Part shown: piece by piece, positions 23,074-35,100 of the stretch | Numbering within the stretch: the first letter of the stretch is position 1 | Layout: each line of letters starts with the position of its first letter | Source of the DNA: Eledone cirrhosa | Lineage: Eukaryota | DNA: 64,000 bases | Assembly (NCBI GenBank): GCA_964016885.1 | Contig: OZ024757.1 | Span: 10,540,001-10,604,000 of the forward strand | Reading direction: 5' to 3' | Notes under the pieces: model-generated | Database searches by the model: none | Told to the model about the DNA's origin: nothing | What the model saw: only the letters and a program-made list of their open reading frames with translations | Made by a program: the position numbers and the translations under genes

Positions 23074-23095
23074 GTGTGTGTGATAGATAGATAGA
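23074..23095. repeat. Target-site duplication copy 3
   Basis: GTGTGTGTGATAGATAGATAGA followed by unique sequence CAGGCAGTAATG. Confidence 0.85.
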
Positions 23096-23123
23096 CAGGC
23101 AGTAATGCTTGCAACAAGTTTAC

Positions 23124-26100
23124 TGTTGATGGTTTAGTGGGGATGATGATGGTGGTATTGATGGTGGCGGTGGTGGTAGTATTGATGATGGTGGCGGTGG
23201 TGGTGGTAGTATTGATGGTGGTGGCGGTGGTGCTGGTAGTGTTGATGGTGGTGACTGTGGTGGTGGTAGTGTTGATGGTGGTGGCGGTGGTGGTAGTGTT
23301 CATGGTGGTGGCGGTGGTGGTAGTGTTGATGGTGGTGGTGGTAGTGTTGATGGTGGTGGCGGTGGTGGTAGTGTTGAGTGTGGTGGAGGTGTTGGTGGTA
23401 GTGTTGATGGTGGTGGCGGTGGTGGTAGTGTTGATGGTGGTGGCGGTGGTGGTAGTGTTGATGGTGGTGGCGGTGGTGGTAGTGTTGAATGGTGGTGGTG
23501 GCGGTGGTGGTAGTGTTGATGGTGGTGGCGGTGGTGGTGGTAGTGTTGATGGTGGTGGCGGTGGTGGTAGAGTTGATGGTGATGGCGGTGGTGGTAGTGT
23601 TGATGGTGGTGGCGGTGGTGGTAGTGTTGATGGTGGTGGCGGTGGTGGTAGTGTTGAGTGTGGTGGAGGTGTTGGTGGTAGTGTTGATGGTGGTGGCGGT
23701 GGTGGTGGTAGTGTTGATGGTGGTGGCGGTGGTGGTAGTGTTGATGGCGGTGGTGCTGGTAGTGTTGATGGTGGTGACTGTCGTGGTGGTAGTGTTGATG
23801 GTGGTGGCGGTGGTGGTAGTGTTGATGGTGGTGGCGGTGGTGGTAGTGTTGATGGTGGTGGTGGTAGTGTTGATGGTGGTGGCGGTGGTGGTAGTGTTGA
23901 TGGTGGTGGCGGTGGTGCTGGTAGTGTTGATGGTGGTGACTGTGGTGGTGGTAGTGTTGATGGTGGTGGCGGTGGTGGTAGTGTTGATGGTGGTGGCGGT
24001 GGTGGTAGTGTTGATGGTGGTGGTGGTAGTGTTGATGGTGGTGGCGGTGGTGGTAGTGTTGATGGTGGTGGTGGTAGTGTTGATGGTGGTGGCGGTGGTG
24101 GTAGTGTTGATGGTGGTGGCGGTGGTGGTAGTGTTGATGGCGGTGGTGGTAGTGTTGATGGTGGTGGCGGTGGTGGTAGTGTTGATGGTGGTGGTGGTAG
24201 TGTTGATGGTGGTGGCGGTGGTGGTAGTGTTGATGGTGGTGGCGGTGGTGGTGGTGTTGATGGTGGTGGTGGTAGTGTTGATGGTGGTGGCGGTGGTGGT
24301 AGTGTTGATGGTGGTGGCGGTGGTGGTGGTAGTGTTGATGGTGGTGGCGGTGGTGGTAGTGTTGATGGCGGTAGCGGTGGTGGTAGTGTTGATGGTGATG
24401 GCGGTGGTAGTAGTGTTGATGGTGGAGGTGGTGGTGGTAGTGTTGATGGTGGTGGCGGTGGTGGTGGCGGTGGTGGTAGTGATGATGGTGGTGGCGGTGG
24501 TGCTGGTAGTGTTGATGGTGGTGACTGTGGTGGTGGTAGTGTTGATGGTGGTGGCGGTGGTGGTAGTGTTCATGGTGGTGGCGGTGGTGGTAGTGTTGAT
24601 GGTGGTGGTGGTAGTGTTGATGGTGGTGGCGGTGGTGGTAGTGTTGAGTGTGGTGGAGGTGTTGGTGGTAGTGTTGATGGTGGTGGCGGTGGTGGTAGTG
24701 TTGATGGTGGTGGCGGTGGTGCTGGTAGTGTTGATGGTGGTGACTGTGGTGGTGGTAGTGTTGATGGTGGTGGCGCTGGTGGTAGTGTTCATGGTGGTGG
24801 CGGTGGTGGTAGTGTTGATGGTGGTGGTGGTAGTGTTGATGGTGGTGGCGGTGGTGGTAGTGTTGATGGTGGTGGCGGTGGTGGTAGTGTTGATGGTGGT
24901 GGTGGTAGTGTTGATGGTGGTGGCGGTGGTGGTAGTGTTGATGGTGGTGGCGGTGGTGGTAGTGTTGATGGCGGTGGTGGTAGTGTTGATGGTGGTGGCG
25001 GTGGTGGTAGTGTTGATGGTGGTGGTGGTAGTGTTGATGGTGGTGGCGGTGGTGGTAGTGTTGATGGTGGTGGCGGTGGTGGTGGTGTTGATGGTGGTGG
25101 TGGTAGTGTTGATGGTGGTGGCGGTGGTGGTAGTGTTGATGGTGGTGGCGGTGGTGGTGGTAGTGTTGATGGTGGTGGCGGTGGTGGTAGTGTTGATGGC
25201 GGTAGCGGTGGTGGTAGTGTTGATGGTGATGGCGGTGGTAGTAGTGTTGATGGTGGAGGTGGTGGTGGTAGTGTTGATGGTGGTGGTGGTTGTGGTGGTA
25301 GTGTTGATGGTGGTGGCGGTGGTGGTAGAGTTGATGGTGATGGCGCTGGTGGTAGTGTTGATGGTGGTGGCGGTGGTGGGAGTGTTGATGGTGGTGGCGT
25401 AGTGTTGATGGTGGTGGCGGTGGTGGTAGTGTTGATGGTGGTGGCGGTGGTGGTAGTGTTGATGGTGGTGGCGGTGGTGGTAGTGTTGATGGTGGTGGTG
25501 GCGGTGGTGGTAGTGTTGATGGTGGTGGCGGTGGTGGTGGTAGTGTTGATGGTGGTGGCGGTGGTGGTAGAGTTGATGGTGGTGGCGGTGGTGATGGTAG
25601 TTTTGATGGCGGTGGCGGTGGTGGTGGTAGTGTTGTTGGTGGTGGCGGTGGTGGTAGTTTTGATGGTGGTGGCGGTGGTGGTAGTGTTGATGGTGGTGGC
25701 GGTGGTGGTGGTAGTGTTGATGGTGGTGGCGGTGGTGGTAGAGTTGATGGTGATGGTGGTGGTGGTAGTGTTGATGGTGGTGGCGGTGGTGGTAGTGTTG
25801 ATGGTGGTGGAGGTGGTGGTAGTGTTGATCGTGGTGGTGGTGGTGGCAGTGTTGATGGTGGTGGCGGTGGTGATGGTAGTGTTGATGGTGGTGGCGGTGG
25901 TGGTGGTAGTGTTGTTGGTGGTGGCGGTGGTGGTAGTGTTGATGGTGGTGGTGCTGGTAGTGTTGATGGTGGTGACTGTGGTGGTGGTAGTGTTGATGGT
26001 GGTGGCGGTGGTGGTAGTGTTGATGGTGGTGGTGGTAGTGTTGATGGTGGTGGCGGTGGTGGTAGTGCTGATGGCGGTGGCGGTGGTGGTAGTGTTGATG

Positions 26101-29100
26101 GTGATGGCGGGGATGTTGGTGTTGATAGTGTTCGCCGTGGTGGTAGTGTTGATGGTGGTGGCGGTGGTGGTGGTAGTGTTGATGTTGATGGCGGTGGTGG
26201 TAGTGTTGATGGTGGTGGCGGAGGTGGTAGTGTTGATGGTGGTGGTGGTGGTGGTAGTGTTGATGGTGGTGATGGTGGTGGTACTGTTGATGGTGGTGGA
26301 GGTGGTGGTGGTAGTGTTGATGGTGGTGGCGGTGGTGGTGGTAGTGTTGATGGTGGTGGTTGTAGTGTTGATGGTGGTGGCGGTGGTGGTAGTGTTGATG
26401 GTGGTGGTGGTGGTACTGTTGATGGTGTTGGAGGTGGTGGTGGTAGTGTTGATGGTAGTGGCGGTGGTGGTGGTAGTGTTGATGGTGGTGGCGGTGGTGG
26501 TAGTGTTGATGGTGGTGGCGGTGGTGGTAGTGTTGATGGGGGTGGCGGTGGTGGTAGTGTTGATGGTGGCGTTGGCGGTGGTGGTAGTGTTGATGGTGGT
26601 GGCGGTGGTGGTGGTAGTGTTGATGGTGGTGGCCGTGGTGGTAGAGTTGATGGTGATGGCGGTGGTGGTAGTGTTGATTGTGGTGGCGGTGGTGGTAGTG
26701 TTGAGGGTGGTGGCGGTGGTGGTAGTGTTGAGTGTGGTGGAGGTGTTGGTGGTAGTGCTGATGGTGGTGGCGGTGGTGGTGGTAGTGTTGATGGTGGAGG
26801 CGGTGGTGGTAGAGTTGATGGTGATGGTGGTGGTGGTAGTGTTGATGGTGGTGGCGGTGGTGGTAGTGTTGATGGTGGTGGCGGTGGTGGTGGTAGTGTT
26901 GATGGTGGTGGCGGTGGTGGTAGTGTTGATGGTGGTGGTGGTGGTGGTAGTGTTGATGGTGGTGGTGGTGGTGGTACTGTTGATGGTGGTGGCGGTGGTG
27001 GTAGAGTTGATGGTGATGGCGGTGGTGGTAGTGTTGATTGTGGTGGCGGTGGTGGTAGTGTTGATGGTGGTGGCGGTGGTGGTAGTGTTGATGGTGGTGG
27101 CGGTGGTGGTAGTGTTGATGGTGGTGGCGGTGGTGGTAGTGTTGAGTGTGGTGGAGGTGTTGGTGGCAGTGTTGATGGTGGTGGCGGTGGTGGTGGTAGT
27201 GTTGATGGTGGTGGCGGTGGTGGTAGAGTTGATGGTGATGGTGGTGGTGGTAGTGTTGATGGTGGTGGCGGTGGTGGTAGTGTTGATGGTGGTGGCGGTG
27301 GTGGTAGTGTTGATGGTGCTGGAGGTGTTGGTGGTAGTGTTGATGGTGGTGGCGGTGGTGGTGGTAGTGTTGATGGTGGTGGCGGTGGTGGTAGTGTTGA
27401 TGGTGGTGGCGGTGGTGGTAGTGTTGATGGTGGTGGCGGTGGTGGTAGTGTTGATGGTGGTGGCGGTGGTGGTAGTGTTGATGGTGGTGGTGGCGGTGGT
27501 GGTAGTGTTGATGGTGGTTGCGGTGGTGGTGGTAGTGTTGATGGTGGTGGCGGTGGTGGTAGAGTTGATGGTGATGGCGGTGGTGGTAGTGTTGATGGTG
27601 GTGGCGGTGGAGGTAGTGTTGATGGTGGTGGCGGTGGTGGTAGTGTTGAGTATGGTGGAGGTGTTGGTGGTAGTGTTGATGGTGGTGGCGGTGGTGGTGG
27701 TAGTGTTGATGGTGGTGGCGGTGGTGGTAGAGTTGATGGTGATGGTGGTGGTGGTAGTGTTGATGGTGGTGGCGGTGGTGGTAGTGTTGATGGTGGTGGC
27801 GGTGGTGGTAGTGTTGATGGTGCTGGAGGTGTTGGTGGTAGTGTTGATGGTGGTGGCGGTGGTGGTGGTAGTGTTGATGGTGGTGGCGATGGTGGTAGGG
27901 TTGATGGTGGTGGCGGTGGTGGTAGTGTTGATCGTGGCGGTGGTGGTGGCAGTGTTGATGGTGGTGGCGGTGGTGATGGTAGTGTTGATGGTGGTGGCGG
28001 TGGTGGTGATAGTGTTGATGGTGGTGGCGGTGGTGGTACTGTTGATGGTGGTGGCGGTGGTGGTAGTAATGATGATGGTGGCGGTGGTGGTGGTAGTATT
28101 GATGGTGGTGGCGGTGGTGGTAGTGTTGATGGTGGTGGCGGTGGTGCTGGTAGTGTTGATGGTGGTGACTGTGGTGGTGGTAGTGTTAATGGTGGTGGCG
28201 GTGGTGGTAGTGTTGATGGTGGTGGCAGTGGTGGTAGTATTGATGATGGTGGCGGTGGTGGTGGTAGTATTGATGGTGGTGGCGGTGGTGGTAGTGTTGA
28301 TGGTGGTGGCGGTGGTGCTGGTAGTGTTGATGGTGGTGACTGTGGTGGTGGTAGTGTTGATGGTGGTGGCGGTGGTGGTAGTGTTGATGGTGGTGGCGGT
28401 GGTGGTAGTGTTGATGGTGGTGGTGCTAGTGTTGATGATGGTGGCGGTGGTGGTAGTGTTGATGGCGGTGGCGGTGGTGGTAGTGTTCATGGTGGTGGCG
28501 GTGGTGGTAGTGTTGATGGTGGTGGTGCTAGTGTTGATGATGGTGGCGGTGGTGTTAGTGTTGATGGCGGTGGCGGTGGTGGTAGTGTTGATGGTGATGG
28601 CGGTGGTGGTAGTGTTGATGGTGGAGGTGGTGGTGGTAGTGTTGATGGTGGTGGCGGTGGTGGTGGTAGTGTTGATGGTGGTGGCCGTGGTGGTAGAGTT
28701 GATGGTGATGGCGGTGGTGGTAGTGTTGATGGTGGAGGTGGTGGTGGTAGTGTTGATGGTGGTGGCGGTGGTGGTGGTAGTGTTGATGGTGGTGGCGGTG
28801 GTGGTAGTGTTGATGGTGGTGGCGGTGGTGGTAGTGTTGATGGTGGTGGCGGTGGTGGTAGTGTTGATGGTGGTGGTGGCGGTGTTGGTAGTGTTGATGG
28901 TGGTTGCGGTGGTGGTGGTAGTGTTGATGGTGGTGGCGGAGGTGGTAGAGTTGATGGTGATGGCGGTGGTGGTAGTGTTGATGGTGGTGGCGGTGGAGGT
29001 AGTGTTGATGGTGGTGGCGGTGGTGGTAGTGTTGAGTATGGTGGAGGTGTTGGTGGTAGTGTTGATGGTGGTGGCGGTGGTGGCGGTGGTGGTGGTAGTG

Positions 29101-32100
29101 TTGATGGTGGTGGCGGTGGTGGTAGAGTTGATGGTGATGGTGGTGGTGGTAGTGTTGATGGTGGTGGCGGTGGTGGTAGTGTTGATGGTGGTGGCGGTGG
29201 TGGTAGTGTTGATGGTGCTGGAGGTGTTGGTGGTAGTGTTGATGGTGGTGGCGGTGGTGGTGGTAGTGTTGATGGTGGTGGCGGTGGTGGTAGAGTTGAT
29301 GGTGATGGCGGTGGTGGTAGTGTTGATGGTGGTGGCGGTGGTGGTAGTGTTGATGGTGGTGGCGGTGGTGGTAGTGTTGAGTGTGGTGGAGGTGTTGGTG
29401 GTAGTGTTGATGGTGGTGGCGGTGGTGGTGGTAGTGTTGATGGTGGTGGCGATGGTGGTAGAGTTGATGGTGATGTTGGTGGTGGTAGTGTTGATGGTGG
29501 TGGCGGTGGTGGTAGTGTTGATGGTGGTGGCGGTGGTGGTAGTGTTGATGGTGCTGGAGGTGTTGGTGGTAGTGTTGATGGTGGTGGCGGTGGTGGTGGT
29601 AGTGTTGATGGTGGTGGCGGTGTTGGTAGTGTTGATCGTGGTGGTGGTGGTGGCAGTGTTGATGGTGGTGGCGGTGGTGATGGTAGTTTTGATGGTGGTG
29701 GCGGTGGTGGTGGTAGTGTTGTTGGTGGTGGCGGTGGTGGTAGTGTTGATGGTGGTGGCGGTGGTGGTAGTATTGATGATGGTGGCGGTGGTGGTGGTAG
29801 TGTTGATGGTGGTGGCGGTGGTGGTACTGTTGATGGTGGTGGAGGTGGTGGTGGTAGTGTTGATGGTGGTGGCGGTGGTGGTGGTAGTGTTGATTGTGGT
29901 GGCGGTGGTGGTAGTGTTGATGGTGGTAGCGGTGGTGGTAGTGTTGATGGTGGTGGCGGTGGTGGTAGTGTTGATGGTGGTAGCGGTGGTGGTAGTGTTG
30001 ATGGTGGTTGCGGTGGTGGTGGTAGTGTTGATGGTGGTGGCGGAGGTGGTAGAGTTGATGGTGATGGCGGTGGTGGTAGTGTTGATGGTGGTGGCGGTGG
30101 TGGTAGTGTTGATGGTGGTGGCGGTGGTGGTAGTGTTGATGGTGGTGGCGGTGGTGGTAGTGTTGATGGTGGTGGTGGCGGTGGTGGTAGTGTTGATGGT
30201 GGTTGCGGTGGTGGTGGTAGTGTTGATGGTGGTGGCGGAGGTGGTAGAGTTGATGGTGATGGCGGTGGTGGTAGTGTTGATGGTGGTGGCGGTGGTGGTA
30301 GTGGTAGTGTTGATGGTGGTGGCGGTGGTGGTAGTGTTGAGTAAGGTGGAGGTGTTGGTGGTAGTGTTGATGGTGGTGGCGGTGGTGGTGGTAGTGTTGA
30401 TGGTGGTGGCGGTGGTGGTAGAGTTGATGGTGATGGTGGTGGTGGTAGTGTTGATGGTGGTGGCGGTGGTGGTAGTGTTGATGGTGGTGGCGGTGGTGGT
30501 GGTAGTGTTGATGGTGGTGGCGATGGTGGTAGGGTTGATGGTGGTGGCGGTGGTGGTAGTGTTGATCGTGGCGGTGGTGGTGGCAGTGTTGATGGTGGTG
30601 GCGGTGGTGATGGTAGTGTTGATGGTGGTGGCGGTGGTGGTGATAGTGTTGATGGTGGTGGCGGTGGTGGTACTGTTGATGGTGGTGGCGGTGGTGGTAG
30701 TAATGATGATGGTGGCGGTGGTGGTGGTAGTATTGATGGTGGTGGCGGTGGTGGTAGTGTTGATGGTGGTGGCGGTGGTGCTGGTAGTGTTGATGGTGGT
30801 GACTGTGGTGGTGGTAGTGTTAATGGTGGTGGCGGTGGTGGTAGTGTTGATGGTGGTGGCAGTGGTGGTAGTATTGATGATGGTGGCGGTGGTGGTGGTA
30901 GTATTGATGGTGGTGGCGGTGGTGGTAGTGTTGATGGTGGTGGCGGTGGTGCTGGTAGTGTTGATGGTGGTGACTGTGGTGGTGGTAGTGTTGATGGTGG
31001 TGGCGGTGGTGGTAGTGTTGATGGTGGTGGCGGTGGTGGTAGTGTTGATGGTGGTGGTGCTAGTGTTGATGATGGTGGCGGTGGTGGTAGTGTTGATGGC
31101 GGTGGCGGTGGTGGTAGTGTTCATGGTGGTGGCGGTGGTGGTAGTGTTGATGGTGGTGGTGCTAGTGTTGATGATGGTGGCGGTGGTGTTAGTGTTGATG
31201 GCGGTGGCGGTGGTGGTAGTGTTGATGGTGATGGCGGTGGTGGTAGTGTTGATGGTGGAGGTGGTGGTGGTAGTGTTGATGGTGGTGGCGGTGGTGGTGG
31301 TAGTGTTGATGGTGGTGGCCGTGGTGGTAGAGTTGATGGTGATGGCGGTGGTGGTAGTGTTGATGGTGGAGGTGGTGGTGGTAGTGTTGATGGTGGTGGC
31401 GGTGGTGGTGGTAGTGTTGATGGTGGTGGCGGTGGTGGTAGTGTTGATGGTGGTGGCGGTGGTGGTAGTGTTGATGGTGGTGGCGGTGGTGGTAGTGTTG
31501 ATGGTGGTGGTGGCGGTGTTGGTAGTGTTGATGGTGGTTGCGGTGGTGGTGGTAGTGTTGATGGTGGTGGCGGAGGTGGTAGAGTTGATGGTGATGGCGG
31601 TGGTGGTAGTGTTGATGGTGGTGGCGGTGGAGGTAGTGTTGATGGTGGTGGCGGTGGTGGTAGTGTTGAGTATGGTGGAGGTGTTGGTGGTAGTGTTGAT
31701 GGTGGTGGCGGTGGTGGCGGTGGTGGTGGTAGTGTTGATGGTGGTGGCGGTGGTGGTAGAGTTGATGGTGATGGTGGTGGTGGTAGTGTTGATGGTGGTG
31801 GCGGTGGTGGTAGTGTTGATGGTGGTGGCGGTGGTGGTAGTGTTGATGGTGCTGGAGGTGTTGGTGGTAGTGTTGATGGTGGTGGCGGTGGTGGTGGTAG
31901 TGTTGATGGTGGTGGCGGTGGTGGTAGAGTTGATGGTGATGGCGGTGGTGGTAGTGTTGATGGTGGTGGCGGTGGTGGTAGTGTTGATGGTGGTGGCGGT
32001 GGTGGTAGTGTTGAGTGTGGTGGAGGTGTTGGTGGTAGTGTTGATGGTGGTGGCGGTGGTGGTGGTAGTGTTGATGGTGGTGGCGATGGTGGTAGAGTTG

Positions 32101-35100
32101 ATGGTGATGTTGGTGGTGGTAGTGTTGATGGTGGTGGCGGTGGTGGTAGTGTTGATGGTGGTGGCGGTGGTGGTAGTGTTGATGGTGCTGGAGGTGTTGG
32201 TGGTAGTGTTGATGGTGGTGGCGGTGGTGGTGGTAGTGTTGATGGTGGTGGCGGTGTTGGTAGTGTTGATCGTGGTGGTGGTGGTGGCAGTGTTGATGGT
32301 GGTGGCGGTGGTGATGGTAGTTTTGATGGTGGTGGCGGTGGTGGTGGTAGTGTTGTTGGTGGTGGCGGTGGTGGTAGTGTTGATGGTGGTGGCGGTGGTG
32401 GTAGTGTTGATGGTGGTGGTGGTGGTGGTAGTGTTGATGGTGGTGGTGGTGGTGGTACTGTTGATGGTGGTGGAGGTGGTGGTGGTAGTGTTGATGGTGG
32501 TGGCGGTGGTGGTGGTAGTGTTGATGGTGGTGGTGGTAGTGTTGATGGTGGTGGCGGTGGTGGTAGTGTTGATGGCGGTGGCGGTGGTGGTAGTATTGAT
32601 GGTGATGGCGGTTGTGGTAGTGTTGATGGTGGAGGTGGTGGTGGTAGTGTTGATGGTGGTGGCGATGGTGGTGGTAGTGTTGATGGTGGTGGCGGTGGTG
32701 GTAGAGTTGATGGTGATGGCGGTGGTGGTAGTGTTGATGGTGGTGGCGGTGGTGGTAGTGTTGATCGTGGTGGCGGTGGTGGTAGTGTTGAGTGTGGTGG
32801 AGGTGTTGGTGGTAGTGTTGATGGTGGTGGCGGTGGTGGTGGTAGTGTTGATGGTGGTGGCGGTGGTGGTAGTGTTGATGGTGGTGGCGGTGGTGGTAGT
32901 GTTGATGGTGGTGGCGGTGGTGGTAGTGTTGATGGTGGTGGCGGTGGTGGTGGTAGTGTTGATGGTGGTGGCGGTGGTGGTAGAGTTGATGGTGATGGCG
33001 GTGGTGGTAGTGTTGATTGTGGTGGCGGTGGAGGTAGTGTTGATGGTGGTGGCGGTGGTCGTAGTGTTGAGTGTGGTGGAGGTGTTGGTGGTAGTGTTGA
33101 TGGTGGTGGCGGTGGTGGTGGTAGTGTTGATGGTGGTGGCGGTGGTGGTAGTGTTGAGTGTGGTGGAGGTGTTGGTGGTAGTGTTGATGGTGGTGGCGGT
33201 GGTGGTGGTAGTGTTTCTGGTGGTGGCGGTGGTGGTAGAGTTGATGGTGATGGTGGTGGTGGTAGTGTTGATGGTGGTGGCGGTGGTGTTAGTGTTGATG
33301 GTGGTGGCGGTGGTGGTAGTGTTCATGGTGCTGGAGGTGTTGGTGGTAGTGTTGATGGTGGTGGCGGTGGTGGTGGTAGTGTTGATGGTGGTGGCGGTGG
33401 TGGTAGTGTTGATGATGGTGGCGGTGGTGATGGTAGTTTTGATGGTGGTGGCGGTGGTGGTGGTAGTGTTGATCGTGGTGGTGGTGGTGGCAGTGCTGAT
33501 GGTGGTGGCGGTGGTGGTGGTAGTGTTGATCGTGGTGGTGGTGGTGGCAGTGTTGATGGTGGTGGCGGTGGTGATGGTAGTTTTGATGGTGGTGGCGGTG
33601 GTGGTGGTAGTGTTGTTGGTGGTGGCGGTGGTGGTAGTGTTGATGGTGGTGGCGGTGGTGGTAGTATTGATGATGGTGGCGGTGGTGGTGGTAGTGTTGA
33701 TGGTGGTGGCGGTGGTGGTACTGTTGATGGTGGTGGAGGTGGTGGTGGTAGTGTTGATGGTGGTGGCGGTGGTGGTGGTAGTGTTGATGGTGGTGGCCGT
33801 GGTGGTAGAGTTGATGGTGATGGCGGTGGTGGTAGTGTTGATGGTGGAGGTGGTGGTGGTAGTGTTGATGGTGGTGGTGGTGGTGGTGGTAGTGTTGATG
33901 GTGGTGGCGGTGGTGGTAGTGTTGATGGTGGTGGCGGTGGTGGTAGTGTTGTTGGTGGTGGCGGTGGTGGTAGTGTTGATGGTGGTGGTGGCGGTGGTGG
34001 TAGTGTTGATGGTGGTTGCGGTGGTGGTGGTAGTGTTGATGGTGGAGGCGGAGGTGGTAGAGTTGATGGTGATGGCGGTGGTGGTAGTGTTGATGGTGGT
34101 GGCGGTGGAGGTAGTGTTGATGGTGGTGGCGGTGGTGGTAGTGTTGAGTATGGTGGAGGTGTTGGTGATAGTGTTGATGGTGGTGGCGGTGGTGGTGGTA
34201 GTGTTGATGGTGGTGGCGGTGGTGGTAGAGTTGATGGTGATGGTGGTGGTGGTAGTGTTGATGGTGGTGGCGGTGGTGGTAGTGTTGATGGTGGTGGCGG
34301 TGGTGGTAGTGTTGATGGTGCTGGAGGTGTTGGTGGTAGTGTTGATGGTGGTGGCGGTGGTGGTGGTAGTGTTTCTGGTGATGGCGGTGGTGGTAGTGTT
34401 GATGGTGGTGGCGGAGGTGGTAGTGTTGATGGTGGTGGTGGTGGTGCTAGAGTTGATGGTGGTGGTGGTGGTGGTACTGTTGATGGTGGTGGAGGTGGTG
34501 GTGGTAGTGTTGATGGTGGTGGCGGTGGTGGTGGTAGTGTTGATGGTGGTGGTGGTAGTGTTGATGGCGGTGGCGGTGGTGGTAGTGTTGATGGTGGTGG
34601 CGGTGGTGGTGGTAGTGTTGATGGTGGTGGCGGTGGTGGTAGAGTTGATGGTGATGGTGGTGGTGGTAGTGTTGATGGTGGTGGCGGTGGTGGTAGTGTT
34701 GATGGTGGTGGAGGTGGTGGTAGTGTTGATCGTGGTGGTGGTGGCAGTGTTGATGGTGGTGGCGGTGGTGATGGTAGTGTTGATGGTGGTGGCGGTGGTG
34801 GTGGTAGTGTTGTTGGTGGTGGCGGTGGTGGTAGTGTTGATGGTGGTGGTGCTGGTAGTGTTGATGGTGGTGACTGTGGTGGTGGTAGTGTTGATGGTGG
34901 TGGCGGTGGTGGTAGTGTTGATGGTGGTGGTGGTAGTGTTGATGGTGGTGGCGGTGGTGGTAGTGCTGATGGCGGTGGCGGTGGTGGTAGTGTTGATGGT
35001 GATGGCGGGGATGTTGGTGTTGATAGTGTTCGCCGTGGTGGTAGTGTTGATGGTGGTGGCGGTGGTGGTGGTAGTGTTGATGTTGATGGCGGTGGTGGTA

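Noticed and set aside
11414-23095. Interpretation as an LTR element or simple segmental duplication
   Set aside because: APE-RT ORF2 and terminal AATAAA define a LINE; the repeat unit is exactly one element plus TSD and the copies carry independent differences.
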